Assembly (NCBI GenBank): GCA_034669905.1
Contig: JAXMOL010000042.1
Location: 1-64,000 of the forward strand
Length of the DNA: 64,000 nucleotides
Direction: 5' to 3'
Source: Candidatus Hydrogenedentota bacterium
GTDB taxonomy: Bacteria > Hydrogenedentota > Hydrogenedentia > Hydrogenedentales > JAEUWI01
How positions within the stretch are numbered: position 1 is the stretch's first letter; each line of letters begins with the position of its first letter. Shown here piece by piece: positions 39,487-51,999 of this stretch. The notes beneath the pieces were generated by a model. It searched no databases. It was not told where the DNA came from and saw nothing but the letters and a program-made list of their open reading frames with translations. The translations under genes were made by a program, and so were the position numbers.

Positions 39487-41660
39487 ACACCCTATACCGA
39501 ATGGCGCGCACTGGACTGATTGCGACCCTGGCGGGCATGTGCCCATTGCTGGTGGCTGCCCAGGAGGAAGGGTTTCAGCCCCTTTCTTCCTATCCGGAGT
39601 CCTTATACGTTTTTAATGGCTATGTGTACTGCAGTGCCGAAGATGGGATCCACGGCCGGGAACTGTGGCGCGTCTCCGTCCCCGAAGGTAAAGCGGAGTT
39701 GGTCCGCGATATTACCCCGGGAGAGCGGGGGAGCCTTATCGATAGCTTCTACACCTTCAAAGACAGGCTGTACTTTCGTGTGGAAGACCCCCGACATGGC
39801 GGGGAACTCTGGTGGAGCGATGGTCAGCCAAAGGGTATGACGGAACGCCTGATGCGATTCTCCGAAGGGGATGCGCGGGATGGACTGCGAAGTTTTCTTG
39901 GCGATACCAATGGGTCCCTGTTCTTCACGGTGGGTAGTAAACTGGATTCGAAGAAGGTCTACGTGTGCGAGGGTACCCGTGGCAGTATCCGTCAGTTCTT
40001 GCCCGACCAGACGTCGAATTTTCGAACCATATCGATCGACGGGAGCCTGTGGGAGGGGCTACTCTTCTTTCACGGCGACGGAAGTCTGGAGGGGACCCAC
40101 CGCAACGGGTTCTGGTGTACAGATGGCACGGTGGAGGGTACGACCTTTCTCGCGCCTTTTGATAACGCACCGGGCGGGTTCTGTGCCATGGGTACGAAGG
40201 GGGTACTGTTTTTTGCCAAGGCGAATGGCATCGGGCAGGAGCCCTGGTTCACAAAAGGGACGCCGGAATCCACCCGCCTGCTACGGGATATCTGGGAAGG
40301 GGTGGAGTCCAGTGACCCTGCCGACCCCGCTTACTTGGAAGTCAAAAAACATCCGGCACAGTCCCGGGCCTTCTTCCGGGCGAACCACCCGGAATATGGC
40401 GACGAACTATGGGAAACTGATGGCACGCCGGAAGGGACGAAGCTCGCTTTTGACCTGGTGAAGGGCCGGGCTGGGAGTTCCCCGTATAAGATGACCTCCC
40501 TATGGGATGCCATCTACTTCAATGCCCGAAGGCCCGATGTGGGCAACGAGCTGTGGCGACTCAGGCCAGGAAGCCCCTGGTCGGTACAGCTTGTCAAGGA
40601 CATTAATCCCGGCTATTCGTCTTCCAATCCCTATGCCTATTGCCAGCTCCCTCTGGTAGAGGGCATGGTCTTCAGTGCGGAAACGTCCCAGGGAGAGGAG
40701 TTGTGGTTCTCCGGTCTTGCGAACGACGACACACGACTCTTGCTGGATATATTTGAAGGGCCCGGGAGTTCAGAGCCGCTGGAGATGACGCCCATAGGAG
40801 ACGTCGTCGTGTTTTCCGCCTACCACCCCGTGTCCGGCGAGGAACTGTGGGTAACCAACGGGAATTCGATGACCCGTCAACTGTGTGATATCTATTCCGA
40901 CCACAGTGAGAATCCGTCTTCTTTCCCGGAACAATTGACCCCTTTGGGTGACCGCATGGTCTTCGTGGCGGATGATATCCAACATGGGCTGGAGCTTTGG
41001 GTAACGGATGGCTATACGGGTGGCACCGAACTGCTGAAAGACATCTACCCGGGGCCCAGGGGCAGCCAGCCCGCCGAGCTCACCGTCGTGGGCGACTTGC
41101 TCTATTTCACGGCCGAGGCCCCGGAGTCCGGTAAAGAACTCTACGTTACCGATGGTACGAAAGAGGGCACCAGTATCATCAAGAATATTGCGACCGACGA
41201 ATCGGGTTCCCGACCGAAGCATCTGACCGCCTGGAAAGGCCACCTGATTTTCAGTGCGACACGACCCTATGAGGGAGAAGAGCCCTGGATTGTACGACCC
41301 GGAAGAAAGCCCGAAATTCTGTTCAACATCCGCCCGGACGGAGCCGACAGCAGCCCCCGGGGCTTTGTGGCCTGGAAGGATCATGTCTACTTTATCGCCA
41401 ATGACGGCATCCACGGTGAAGAGCTCTGGCGGACCGATGGGACCGCCGAAGGTACGGTGCTTGTCAAGGATATTGTGCCCGTTCCGTTTCGAAAGATTTC
41501 TTATCATTCCCTGACGCCCCTCGGAGACAAACTGATTATTACCGCGGAAAATGACGCCCAGGGGAGGGAGCTTTGGGTAATGGATTCCGAGCGCCCGGCA
41601 CCCCGTCTGATGGCGGATATCGCATCCCGAGACAACATCCGTCTGTTCAACAATCCGTGA
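39483..41660 (+). CDS. secreted ELWxxDGT-repeat beta-propeller protein 1
   Basis: Signal peptide; 14 G.ELW..DGT-type repeats; ATGA overlap with kinase 1 stop. Confidence 0.9.
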   Translation: MNTLYRMARTGLIATLAGMCPLLVAAQEEGFQPLSSYPESLYVFNGYVYCSAEDGIHGRELWRVSVPEGKAELVRDITPGERGSLIDSFYTFKDRLYFRVEDPRHGGELWWSDGQPKGMTERLMRFSEGDARDGLRSFLGDTNGSLFFTVGSKLDSKKVYVCEGTRGSIRQFLPDQTSNFRTISIDGSLWEGLLFFHGDGSLEGTHRNGFWCTDGTVEGTTFLAPFDNAPGGFCAMGTKGVLFFAKANGIGQEPWFTKGTPESTRLLRDIWEGVESSDPADPAYLEVKKHPAQSRAFFRANHPEYGDELWETDGTPEGTKLAFDLVKGRAGSSPYKMTSLWDAIYFNARRPDVGNELWRLRPGSPWSVQLVKDINPGYSSSNPYAYCQLPLVEGMVFSAETSQGEELWFSGLANDDTRLLLDIFEGPGSSEPLEMTPIGDVVVFSAYHPVSGEELWVTNGNSMTRQLCDIYSDHSENPSSFPEQLTPLGDRMVFVADDIQHGLELWVTDGYTGGTELLKDIYPGPRGSQPAELTVVGDLLYFTAEAPESGKELYVTDGTKEGTSIIKNIATDESGSRPKHLTAWKGHLIFSATRPYEGEEPWIVRPGRKPEILFNIRPDGADSSPRGFVAWKDHVYFIANDGIHGEELWRTDGTAEGTVLVKDIVPVPFRKISYHSLTPLGDKLIITAENDAQGRELWVMDSERPAPRLMADIASRDNIRLFNNP

Positions 41661-41777
41661 TACGCAAAGACGGTGTTGCAAAAGGGTAGTGCAATAGCGC
41701 CATAATAGGCCAAGGGGCAATGGAGAGAGACGGGACAGGGGCACCCGTATACGGTGCTTGCCTGAAAGTTGGGGTCC

Positions 41778-43862
41778 ATGCCGACGGTTGAGAATGTGCT
41801 GGAGTCAGAAAAGTATCACGTGGTTCGGGAACTGGGTCGCGGCGGGATGGGTGTGGTCTATCTCGCGGAAGACCGGCAACTGAAGCGCAAGGTCGCCCTG
41901 AAGGTACTCTACGAACATCTCAACAAAGAAACCGCCTTTGTCGAGCGATTCCGCGAAGAGGCCCGTTCCGTCTCTACCCTCCACCATCCCAATATCGTCT
42001 GCGTACATGGCCTGGAGCACGCCAACGGGGTGGTCGCTATCGACATGGAATATGTGGAGGGATACTCCCTCGATATGGTGATGGGTACGAGTCAGATGAC
42101 TCCCCATATTGCCGTATCCATCGCCCGCGATGTCTTGAGTGGTCTGGTCACGTGCCACGAAATCGGGATTGTCCATCGGGATATCAAACCCAGCAACATC
42201 CTCGTCCACCATGGTGGCACGGCGAAGTTGACCGATTTCGGACTGGCCACGGCCTATGCCTCCCACCTTGAGGCCACGGTACGGGGGAATACGTCGTCCG
42301 GTTTTTACATGGGAACTCCTCGTTACATGCCGGTGGAGGCGTGGGAGGGAGGCGACCCCAAGCCCATGTGGGATGTCTACTCCTTCGGCATCGTACTCTA
42401 TGAACTCCTGTCGGGGGGGGCAGCCTTTGCCGCCGAGAATCCGATGGCGATCATGAAAAAGCACCTGACCGAGCCCTTGCCCTTGATTCGGGAGGTGGCC
42501 TCGGGCATATCGGACGAATTGGCGGATCTGGTCGATGCCCTGGTGCGCGAGCCGACGGACAATCTGTTGACAAGCGCGGAAGCCCTTCGGGTCCTTCAGG
42601 GAACGCCAGAGTTCGCAGAACTGCAAGACAGTAATGTGGCCACCACCATTGCGGTATCTCCCGTGCGTCGTTCGCTACGGCGTGCCCGTCGGCTGCGTAT
42701 TTCACGTACGCCAATGTTCATCGGGGTCGGATTGGTCTTACTCCTACTTATCGGCTATCTCCTATGGGATGGTTCGACGCCAGGCGCTACGCATGGCTCC
42801 GGGCAGTTTATGACCATGCGGGTGGTGGGCGCGACTTCTGCCGAAGAAACCTGGATGGTAGAAAAGACACCGGGATCGACGGCGCTCTGGTTTACAGGAT
42901 ATTCCGACTCGGGGCTGACGCGAATCGAAGCCCAACGGGTACAACCGGGCGAATGGACACTCAGCGGGGGCTGGGCCCAATTGGTGATGCCCCAGGCAGG
43001 GAGTTTTCAATATGGCACCGTCACGGGCAGTCTCTTCTGGCCCGAGGGGACGGCCAGCCTTTATGTCAATATGGAGCGGGTGCGCGAGGTGGATGGGCTG
43101 CGAGAGCGCATCTCCATGGCGAGTATGCCCTCCCCCCGAATTCGGAGTCAGCAGGAATTCATCCGTGGGCTTGAAAAGCAGGACTTGCTACAGGCGCTTA
43201 TCTACAATGAGTTGCTCGACGTCGCCAAGTTCCCGTGGGTACTGGCCATCGAATCCATGTTTCCCGGGACAGCCCGTTCCCGCTACGCCATCCCCTATGG
43301 CGCCGACCCGATCGTGGTCGATGGACAGCTTGACGAGCCCCTTTGGACCAACGAGTATTTTTACCCCGATGGGGGGACGCTCGGTGACGTGGTGCCCGGC
43401 GAAATGCAGGTGCCGGTCGAATTGCGAGCACGCTGGCGGGAGGGCGGGGTCGTGATCGCTTCGGAAATTGATAGTGGGGATCCGAGCCTGCGATTCGAGT
43501 TGGGTTTCATGCCCGCCTTTGAAGTGTCGTTGCGAAACTCCGGGCGGCTGGTATTGGAAGCCCCATCCAGCGGCGCGGTGAGCTTCCAGTACTTCGAGGC
43601 CGGTGTACGCAGGCCGTTCAATGCCCAATGGCCGGTCGCGCTTCAGCAGGGCAATGAAAAAACGCGAATCGAGATGGATATCCCCTCGGATCTCCTGGAA
43701 GAAAAAGCCCGCGCGGTTGCGCAGAAGCGATGGCGCATCAACGCCCGGTGGACGCGTAGTGATGGCGTGGGTTCCCGTGAGGTAGTGGCCCAATGGGGAG
43801 ACCATGAATTTATCGCCTTGGAGCATGGGGCGCTATTCGTTTTTCAGGCGCCGAACGGCTGA
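41778..43862 (+). CDS. membrane Hanks-type Ser/Thr kinase 2 with extracytoplasmic CBM9/DOMON-like domain
   Basis: Paralog of kinase 1; same catalytic motifs; TM helix; IVVDGQLDEPLW…IEMDIP…WRIN. Confidence 0.9.
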   Translation: MPTVENVLESEKYHVVRELGRGGMGVVYLAEDRQLKRKVALKVLYEHLNKETAFVERFREEARSVSTLHHPNIVCVHGLEHANGVVAIDMEYVEGYSLDMVMGTSQMTPHIAVSIARDVLSGLVTCHEIGIVHRDIKPSNILVHHGGTAKLTDFGLATAYASHLEATVRGNTSSGFYMGTPRYMPVEAWEGGDPKPMWDVYSFGIVLYELLSGGAAFAAENPMAIMKKHLTEPLPLIREVASGISDELADLVDALVREPTDNLLTSAEALRVLQGTPEFAELQDSNVATTIAVSPVRRSLRRARRLRISRTPMFIGVGLVLLLLIGYLLWDGSTPGATHGSGQFMTMRVVGATSAEETWMVEKTPGSTALWFTGYSDSGLTRIEAQRVQPGEWTLSGGWAQLVMPQAGSFQYGTVTGSLFWPEGTASLYVNMERVREVDGLRERISMASMPSPRIRSQQEFIRGLEKQDLLQALIYNELLDVAKFPWVLAIESMFPGTARSRYAIPYGADPIVVDGQLDEPLWTNEYFYPDGGTLGDVVPGEMQVPVELRARWREGGVVIASEIDSGDPSLRFELGFMPAFEVSLRNSGRLVLEAPSSGAVSFQYFEAGVRRPFNAQWPVALQQGNEKTRIEMDIPSDLLEEKARAVAQKRWRINARWTRSDGVGSREVVAQWGDHEFIALEHGALFVFQAPNG

Positions 43863-43906
43863 GGTCTTCGCGGACAATTGGCTGAAACGAGAAGGAGCGA
43901 ACAGCG

Positions 43907-46060
43907 ATGAGCTGGCGAACTTTACCGTTGATGTGTGCGTGTTTGTTGGTCGGGGGGCTTTCCGTGCCTGCGCAGACGGGCACCTTCAAGCCCTTGTCAT
44001 CCCAGCCTGAGGATGTCGTCGCGATGGATGGGTGGCTCTACTTCAGCGCCGACGACGGCCGCTTTGGCCGGGAATTGTGGCGTGCAAATATCGAGGGGAA
44101 TGCCGAGCGACTGACCGATCTTTCCCGTGGGGCGCTCAGCTCAGAAATTTATAGTCTCTATCCCTATAAGGGCGTGCTCTATTTCGGTTACCGGCCGGAA
44201 GGAGGGGTGGGACAGCTCTGGCGTTCCGATGGTACTGAGGTCGGGACCTATCAGCTGAGCCGTTTGCCGGCGGATGGCACAATGGCCCCCTTTCATAGAG
44301 TGCTTGCTCACAGTCGTAGTCGACTCTATATCGTAACGGGAGAAGGGCAGGGTACGAAGCAGCTCTGGGAAAGTGACGGGACGAGTGAGGGCACCCGAAG
44401 GGTGTGCGAGGCGAGCCGTGGGAATCCCATAAACTGTGACTCCTTCCATGGGGTCGTTTCCGGAGCAGACCTCTATCTGAACATGAAGTGGGGAAAAGGC
44501 TTCGCTGTGGCGCGAGTGGATGGCGCCACGGGGTTGGCACATGTTATTCGGGAATTCGAATCGGAAGCGGTTTCCTTTTTCGCCCTGGAATCTGGCGAGG
44601 TCTTGTTTAGTGGTTTTGAGGAGCGTACGGGCGGCGAGCTATGGAAGACCGGACCTACACCCGGCTCATGCGAACTGGTCCGGGATATATATCCCGGCAA
44701 AGAGTCATCGAAGGTCGGGGAGATACACCGCTTTGTAACGGACCCCTTCGGGGTAATGACGCTGTTTGTCGCAACGACCCCGGAGTACGGACGGGAGTTG
44801 TGGCAAACCGACGGGACCCGGGAAGGCACGACGATTTGGAGAGACCTGGTAAGGGGGGCGGGCAGTTCCGATCCGAACCGACTGACTTCCTCCCGGGGTG
44901 AACTCTATTTCGTGGCCCTCGGAGAAAACGTCGGGAGAGAGGTCTGGTATTACAGTGCGGGAACCGACGAGGCAAAGCCGATCAGCGATGTGAACCCCGG
45001 GCTTGGCAGCAGTAATCCGTACGCCTTTTGTCTGGCAAAAGATTCTTCGTTGTATTTCAGCGCCGAGGATCAGCATGTGGACGAAGAGCTATGGGTCTTT
45101 CCGGGAACGGGAGATAAATCCCACCAGGTGGCGGACATCTATCCGGGAAAGCAGAGTTCTTTTCCCTTCTTTACCACCCTGCTGGGCGACTTCATCGTGA
45201 CGGTGGCTACCGATCCCGTGGTCGGGCGTGAGCTTCGAATCTTAGGCACCAATGACGTGCCTCGGGTCCTTGTCGACATCTGGACGGATAACAGCGTAAA
45301 TCCGTCCTCCTCACCCAGTCAGTTCACGATCTTTCGCGATCGCCTCTTCTTCGTCGCGAACGACCTCCGGCGTGGCAATGAGCTCTGGACCAGCGACGGG
45401 ACCAACGCGGGTACCCGTCTGGTCAAAGACATTCATTCCGGGCGTAAGAGCAGCAACCCGAGCCAATTGACGGTAGTGGGTGATCTGCTGTACTTCGTGG
45501 CGGATGACGGTGTCCATGGCTATGAATTGTGGCGCAGTGATGGGAGCGAGGCCGGGACCGCCATGACGATGGAAATTGCGTGGCCCATGTCGCCGCGCAT
45601 CCGACATCTCACCGCCTTCAAGGAGAATCTGGTTTTCAGTGCGTGGCGGGAAAAGGAAGGGGCGGAACTCTGGATTGTGCGCCCGGGGAGAAACCCCGAG
45701 ATACTTAAAGATATCAACGCCGGGGCAGGCTCCAGCGATCCCAACGATCTGGTGGTATGGAAGGAACACGTCTACTTTCAGGCGGATGATGGCATCACCG
45801 GCATGGAATTCTGGCGGACCGATGGGACGGAGGAAGGCACCGTCATGGTGAAGGATATCATCAACGCACCGGTGGAAAAGATTCGCGCGCTGGAAGTGCG
45901 TCCCGGGTTGGGGGGGCTTGTTATTTCTGCGGAGGTGGATGGGGCTGGCGCCGAACTCTGGGCCTTGAAAGAGCAGGGGCGTGCCCTGCATCTCGTGCGG
46001 GATATTGCATCCCCCTCGGTGCTCGGCGTCTTAAACCCGCTGTATGTGTCCGTTCCGTGA
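43907..46060 (+). CDS. secreted ELWxxDGT-repeat beta-propeller protein 2
   Basis: AAGGAG RBS; signal peptide; 14 repeats colinear with protein 1. Confidence 0.9.
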   Translation: MSWRTLPLMCACLLVGGLSVPAQTGTFKPLSSQPEDVVAMDGWLYFSADDGRFGRELWRANIEGNAERLTDLSRGALSSEIYSLYPYKGVLYFGYRPEGGVGQLWRSDGTEVGTYQLSRLPADGTMAPFHRVLAHSRSRLYIVTGEGQGTKQLWESDGTSEGTRRVCEASRGNPINCDSFHGVVSGADLYLNMKWGKGFAVARVDGATGLAHVIREFESEAVSFFALESGEVLFSGFEERTGGELWKTGPTPGSCELVRDIYPGKESSKVGEIHRFVTDPFGVMTLFVATTPEYGRELWQTDGTREGTTIWRDLVRGAGSSDPNRLTSSRGELYFVALGENVGREVWYYSAGTDEAKPISDVNPGLGSSNPYAFCLAKDSSLYFSAEDQHVDEELWVFPGTGDKSHQVADIYPGKQSSFPFFTTLLGDFIVTVATDPVVGRELRILGTNDVPRVLVDIWTDNSVNPSSSPSQFTIFRDRLFFVANDLRRGNELWTSDGTNAGTRLVKDIHSGRKSSNPSQLTVVGDLLYFVADDGVHGYELWRSDGSEAGTAMTMEIAWPMSPRIRHLTAFKENLVFSAWREKEGAELWIVRPGRNPEILKDINAGAGSSDPNDLVVWKEHVYFQADDGITGMEFWRTDGTEEGTVMVKDIINAPVEKIRALEVRPGLGGLVISAEVDGAGAELWALKEQGRALHLVRDIASPSVLGVLNPLYVSVP

Positions 46061-46162
46061 GGGGGGGTAGGAAAGAGGTCTAAGGGGGTCCAGGGCCGGT
46101 GTGGCGACTTCGGGGGGCGTCTTATCAACGGGGGGCTTCCCTGTGATGGGGTCTTGCACATG

Positions 46163-46191
46163 AAAAAAGCGCCCACTTCTGTGGGCGCTTT
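46163..46191 (-). terminator. intrinsic terminator of gyrA (possibly bidirectional)
   Basis: AAAAAAGCGCCCAC-TTCT-GTGGGCGCTTT. Confidence 0.8.
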
Positions 46192-46221
46192 GTGCGAGAT
46201 TCTCATACCGTAACAGGATGA

Positions 46222-48747
46222 TCAGGCATCACTGTCCTTGTCCTTTTCGGCGTTCGTCGGTTCTGCAGGTGTTGTCTCCACGTCCGCGACCGCATCGGCC
46301 ACATCGTCTTCGGCCTCTTCGGCCACCGCCTTCGCGACCGCACTCACCTTGGCCCCTTCCTGAGGCTTCATGATGCGCACGCCCTGGGTATTGCGGCCAA
46401 TCGTCCGAATGTCCTTGACCGACGTCCGAATTACAATGCCATCGGTCGCCACCAGTACCAACTCGGCCGCGTCATCGACGGTCATCATGCTCACCACGTT
46501 GCCATTTCGCTCGGTGGTCTTGATGTTGATGATGCCCGAGCCGCCGCGGTGCTGCAGTCGGTATTCACCCACCTTCGTGCGCTTACCGAAACCGTTCTCC
46601 GTGATACTCAGCACCGTGCTCTCATCCTGGGCCAGCGACATACCCACCACGTAGTCTTCGTCCGTCAGGCGAACGCCGATGACGCCCCGTGCGGTACGGC
46701 CCATGGGGCGGGCATCTTTTTCCGGGAAGCGGATGGCCATGCCCTTGTAGGTGGCGATTAAGACATTGTCATCGCCAGAGGTCAGGGCCACGTCCATCAG
46801 CTCATCGTCTTTATTGAGATCCAGGGCGATGATACCGGTCGTACGCGGATTGCTGTAGGCCTTGAGCGAGGTCTTCTTCACGATACCCTGACGGGTCACC
46901 ATGAACACGAAGAGATTTTCATCCTGCAGGTCGCGAACGGGCAGGAAGGTGGTCACCACTTCATCCCCACCCAGATTGAGCAGGTTCACCATGGCACGAC
47001 CACGGGCCGTCCGACTCATCTTGGGCAATTCATGGACCTTGCGCCAGTAGACCCGGGCCTTGTTGGTGAAGAAGAGCATGTATTGATGGGCGGAAGCAAT
47101 GAAGAGGTCTTTGACGAAATCTTCGTCTTTCGTATCCATGCCCGAAACACCACGGCCGCCACGCTTCTGCTTACGGTAAGTGCTCACCGGAAGCCGCTTG
47201 ATGTAGCCCTGGTTGGAAACCGTCACCACCATGTTCTCGTCGGCGATGAGGTCTTCGATATTGAATTCCCCTTCGTCTTCGATGATGTCCGTGCGCCGTT
47301 CGTCGCCATGTTTTTCTTTCACGGCAACAATCTCGTCGCGAACAACGGCCAGGATGTTCTTCGTGCTCGAAAGAATGGTGCGATAGCCTTCAATCTCTTT
47401 CAGCAGCTCCGCGTATTCCGATTCCAGCTCTTCGCGCTCGAGTCCGGTCAGGCGACGGAGCCGCATGGCCAGGATAGCGTTGGCCTGAAGGATTGAAAAG
47501 GCGAAGCGCTCGATCAGGCGATCCCGCGCTTCGTCGGAGTCTTTCGAAGCCCGGATGATCTTGATGATTTCATCAATGTTGTCGATGGCCTTAAGCAGGC
47601 CTTCCAGGATATGGGCACGGGCCTCGGCCTTGTCGAGCAGGAAGCGGGTACGTCGTTCGACGATTTCCGCGCGGTGCTCAATATAGTAGTGAATCATTTC
47701 CGCCAGGTTGAGTACCTTGGGCGTATTCGCCACCAGCGAAAGGAAGATGATGCTCGCCGTGGACTGCAGCTGGGTGTGCTTATAGAGCTGGTTCAAGACG
47801 ACTTCTGGCTCTTCACCCTTGCGCAATTCGATGACGATGCGCATGCCGTCTTTGTCGGACTCGTCCCGCAGGTCGGTGATGCCTTCCACCGTCTTGCTGC
47901 GGACCAGATCGGCAATCGATTCGATCAGGCGGAGCTTGTTTACCTGGTAAGGGATCTCCTGGATAATGATGCTTTGCTTGCCCTGGCCCCCTTCCTTCTT
48001 CGATTCCACCGCCACGCGGCCCCGTACTTTGACGCGGCCCCGGCCCGTGCGATAGGCATCCTTAATTCCCTTGCGACCCAGAATGACGCCGCCCGTGGGG
48101 AAGTCGGGCCCGGTCACATACTTCATCAGGTCGTCGGGGGTGGCTGTCGGGTTATCGATGCGGTGGATAACGGCATCGCAGACTTCGGTCAGGTTGTGGG
48201 GCGGGCAGCTCGTTGCCATGCCCACGGCAATGCCGTAGGAGCCGTTAACCAGCAGATTAGGGTAGGCAGACGGAAGGACGGTCGGCTCCATAAGCCGGTC
48301 ATCGAAGGTCGGCTGCATGTCGACTGTTTCTTTGTCCAGGTCGGCAAGCATCTGGGCCGTGATGGATTCCATCCGCGCTTCGGTATACCGGTACGCTGCC
48401 GCGTTGTCACCGTCGATGGAGCCAAAGTTACCCTGGCTGTCCACGAGGGGGTAGCGCATGTTCCAGGGCTGGGCCATTCGGACCAACGCATCGTATACCG
48501 ACGAGTCACCGTGGGGGTGATACTTACCCAGGGCCTCACCCACGATATTGGCGCACTTTCGGAAGGCGCGCCCTTTGGTGAGACTCAGTTCCTGCATCAC
48601 ATAGAGGATGCGCCGATGCACCGGCTTCAGTCCATCGCGTACATCGGGCAAGGCACGACTTACGATAACGCTCATGGAATAGTCCATGAACGAATTCTTC
48701 ATTTCCTGCTCGATGGCTATCGGCTCAATTTTATCTTCTGTACTCAT
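46222..48747 (-). CDS. gyrA: DNA gyrase subunit A
   Basis: RALPDVRDGLKPVHRR, HPHGDS, AAYRYTEAR, GyrA-box QKRGGRG, CTD pinwheel repeats. Confidence 0.98.
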   Translation of the reverse strand: MSTEDKIEPIAIEQEMKNSFMDYSMSVIVSRALPDVRDGLKPVHRRILYVMQELSLTKGRAFRKCANIVGEALGKYHPHGDSSVYDALVRMAQPWNMRYPLVDSQGNFGSIDGDNAAAYRYTEARMESITAQMLADLDKETVDMQPTFDDRLMEPTVLPSAYPNLLVNGSYGIAVGMATSCPPHNLTEVCDAVIHRIDNPTATPDDLMKYVTGPDFPTGGVILGRKGIKDAYRTGRGRVKVRGRVAVESKKEGGQGKQSIIIQEIPYQVNKLRLIESIADLVRSKTVEGITDLRDESDKDGMRIVIELRKGEEPEVVLNQLYKHTQLQSTASIIFLSLVANTPKVLNLAEMIHYYIEHRAEIVERRTRFLLDKAEARAHILEGLLKAIDNIDEIIKIIRASKDSDEARDRLIERFAFSILQANAILAMRLRRLTGLEREELESEYAELLKEIEGYRTILSSTKNILAVVRDEIVAVKEKHGDERRTDIIEDEGEFNIEDLIADENMVVTVSNQGYIKRLPVSTYRKQKRGGRGVSGMDTKDEDFVKDLFIASAHQYMLFFTNKARVYWRKVHELPKMSRTARGRAMVNLLNLGGDEVVTTFLPVRDLQDENLFVFMVTRQGIVKKTSLKAYSNPRTTGIIALDLNKDDELMDVALTSGDDNVLIATYKGMAIRFPEKDARPMGRTARGVIGVRLTDEDYVVGMSLAQDESTVLSITENGFGKRTKVGEYRLQHRGGSGIINIKTTERNGNVVSMMTVDDAAELVLVATDGIVIRTSVKDIRTIGRNTQGVRIMKPQEGAKVSAVAKAVAEEAEDDVADAVADVETTPAEPTNAEKDKDSDA

Positions 48748-48922
48748 TCCATGTCCTTACGGTCACGTTGCGTTGTGTCGTCTTCAGCCGAGCGATAGGC
48801 GGTGCACAGGCGAAAACGCTCTGACGTGCGTTGGAATCATCGGCGCAAACGCATCAGCGTGAAACTCCGGTTCGCACTCCCAAAGGGACCCAGGGGACGA
48901 TGTGCGCGTCACGCACCTCGCC

Positions 48923-51358
<2,436 letters not shown>

Positions 51359-51399
51359 TCATAGCGCCCCCGCGTTAGATGGTTTTTAGGATACACGTA

Positions 51400-51428
51400 A
51401 GTATAGCAAAATCAACACCTTGAAACAA
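51400..51428 (-). promoter_or_regulatory. putative gyrB promoter
   Basis: Minus strand TTGTTT-17bp-TATACT with TG extension. Confidence 0.55.
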
Positions 51429-51672
51429 CATTTCCGCTATATTTAGAGGTCAATAAACTCTTGACACACGCTATCTTGTGGATCGCGGTTTTCGGGTTCG
51501 AAAGTAAGCCGCCGGGGGGCGTTTTTCCCCGCTGCACCGTGGGGTGGAGGGGTGAGTTGGCCCTTATCTCGAAGATCCCGCCCCTGAATCTCGGTGTCGC
51601 CCACCTCTCGCGCATCTACACGATGGCACGTTTATTCAGGCCGCGCTGTTGCGAATTGGCAGGAGCCCGACT

Positions 51673-51999
51673 TCAGACTTCATCATCCAGCGACTCCCCG
51701 TCGGCCAGCAATACGATGTAGATATCCGACACCAGCTCTTTTCGGGCCATGCGGTTAATCTTTTTCAGGATCTGCCATTTGCGGTAGTTGATCTTATGCA
51801 TCCACACCGCGCTGTCGGCTTCGATGCGCAGTTCCCGGTCGGTGATGCCCCGGGGGCGGGCGTGTTTGGCCACGGTCTCGCCCACGATTTCGGGCCAGTG
51901 TTCCCAGATCTCGGCATGTTCCAGGTGCTTGCCCAGTTCCGTGGTCTTCTTCATTTTGGCGAGGATATCACCCACGCCTTCCAGCTTAGTGCGCTTCAA
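51673..51999 (-). CDS. dciA: DciA / DUF721 family helicase-loading protein
   Basis: WPEIVGETVAKHARP…LRIEADSAVW; position between recF and gyrB. Confidence 0.85.
   Translation of the reverse strand: MKRTKLEGVGDILAKMKKTTELGKHLEHAEIWEHWPEIVGETVAKHARPRGITDRELRIEADSAVWMHKINYRKWQILKKINRMARKELVSDIYIVLLADGESLDDEV

Noticed and set aside
48817..48860. Imperfect hairpin between gyrB and gyrA
   Set aside because: Bulged, no U tract or recognisable motif; at most an mRNA stability element
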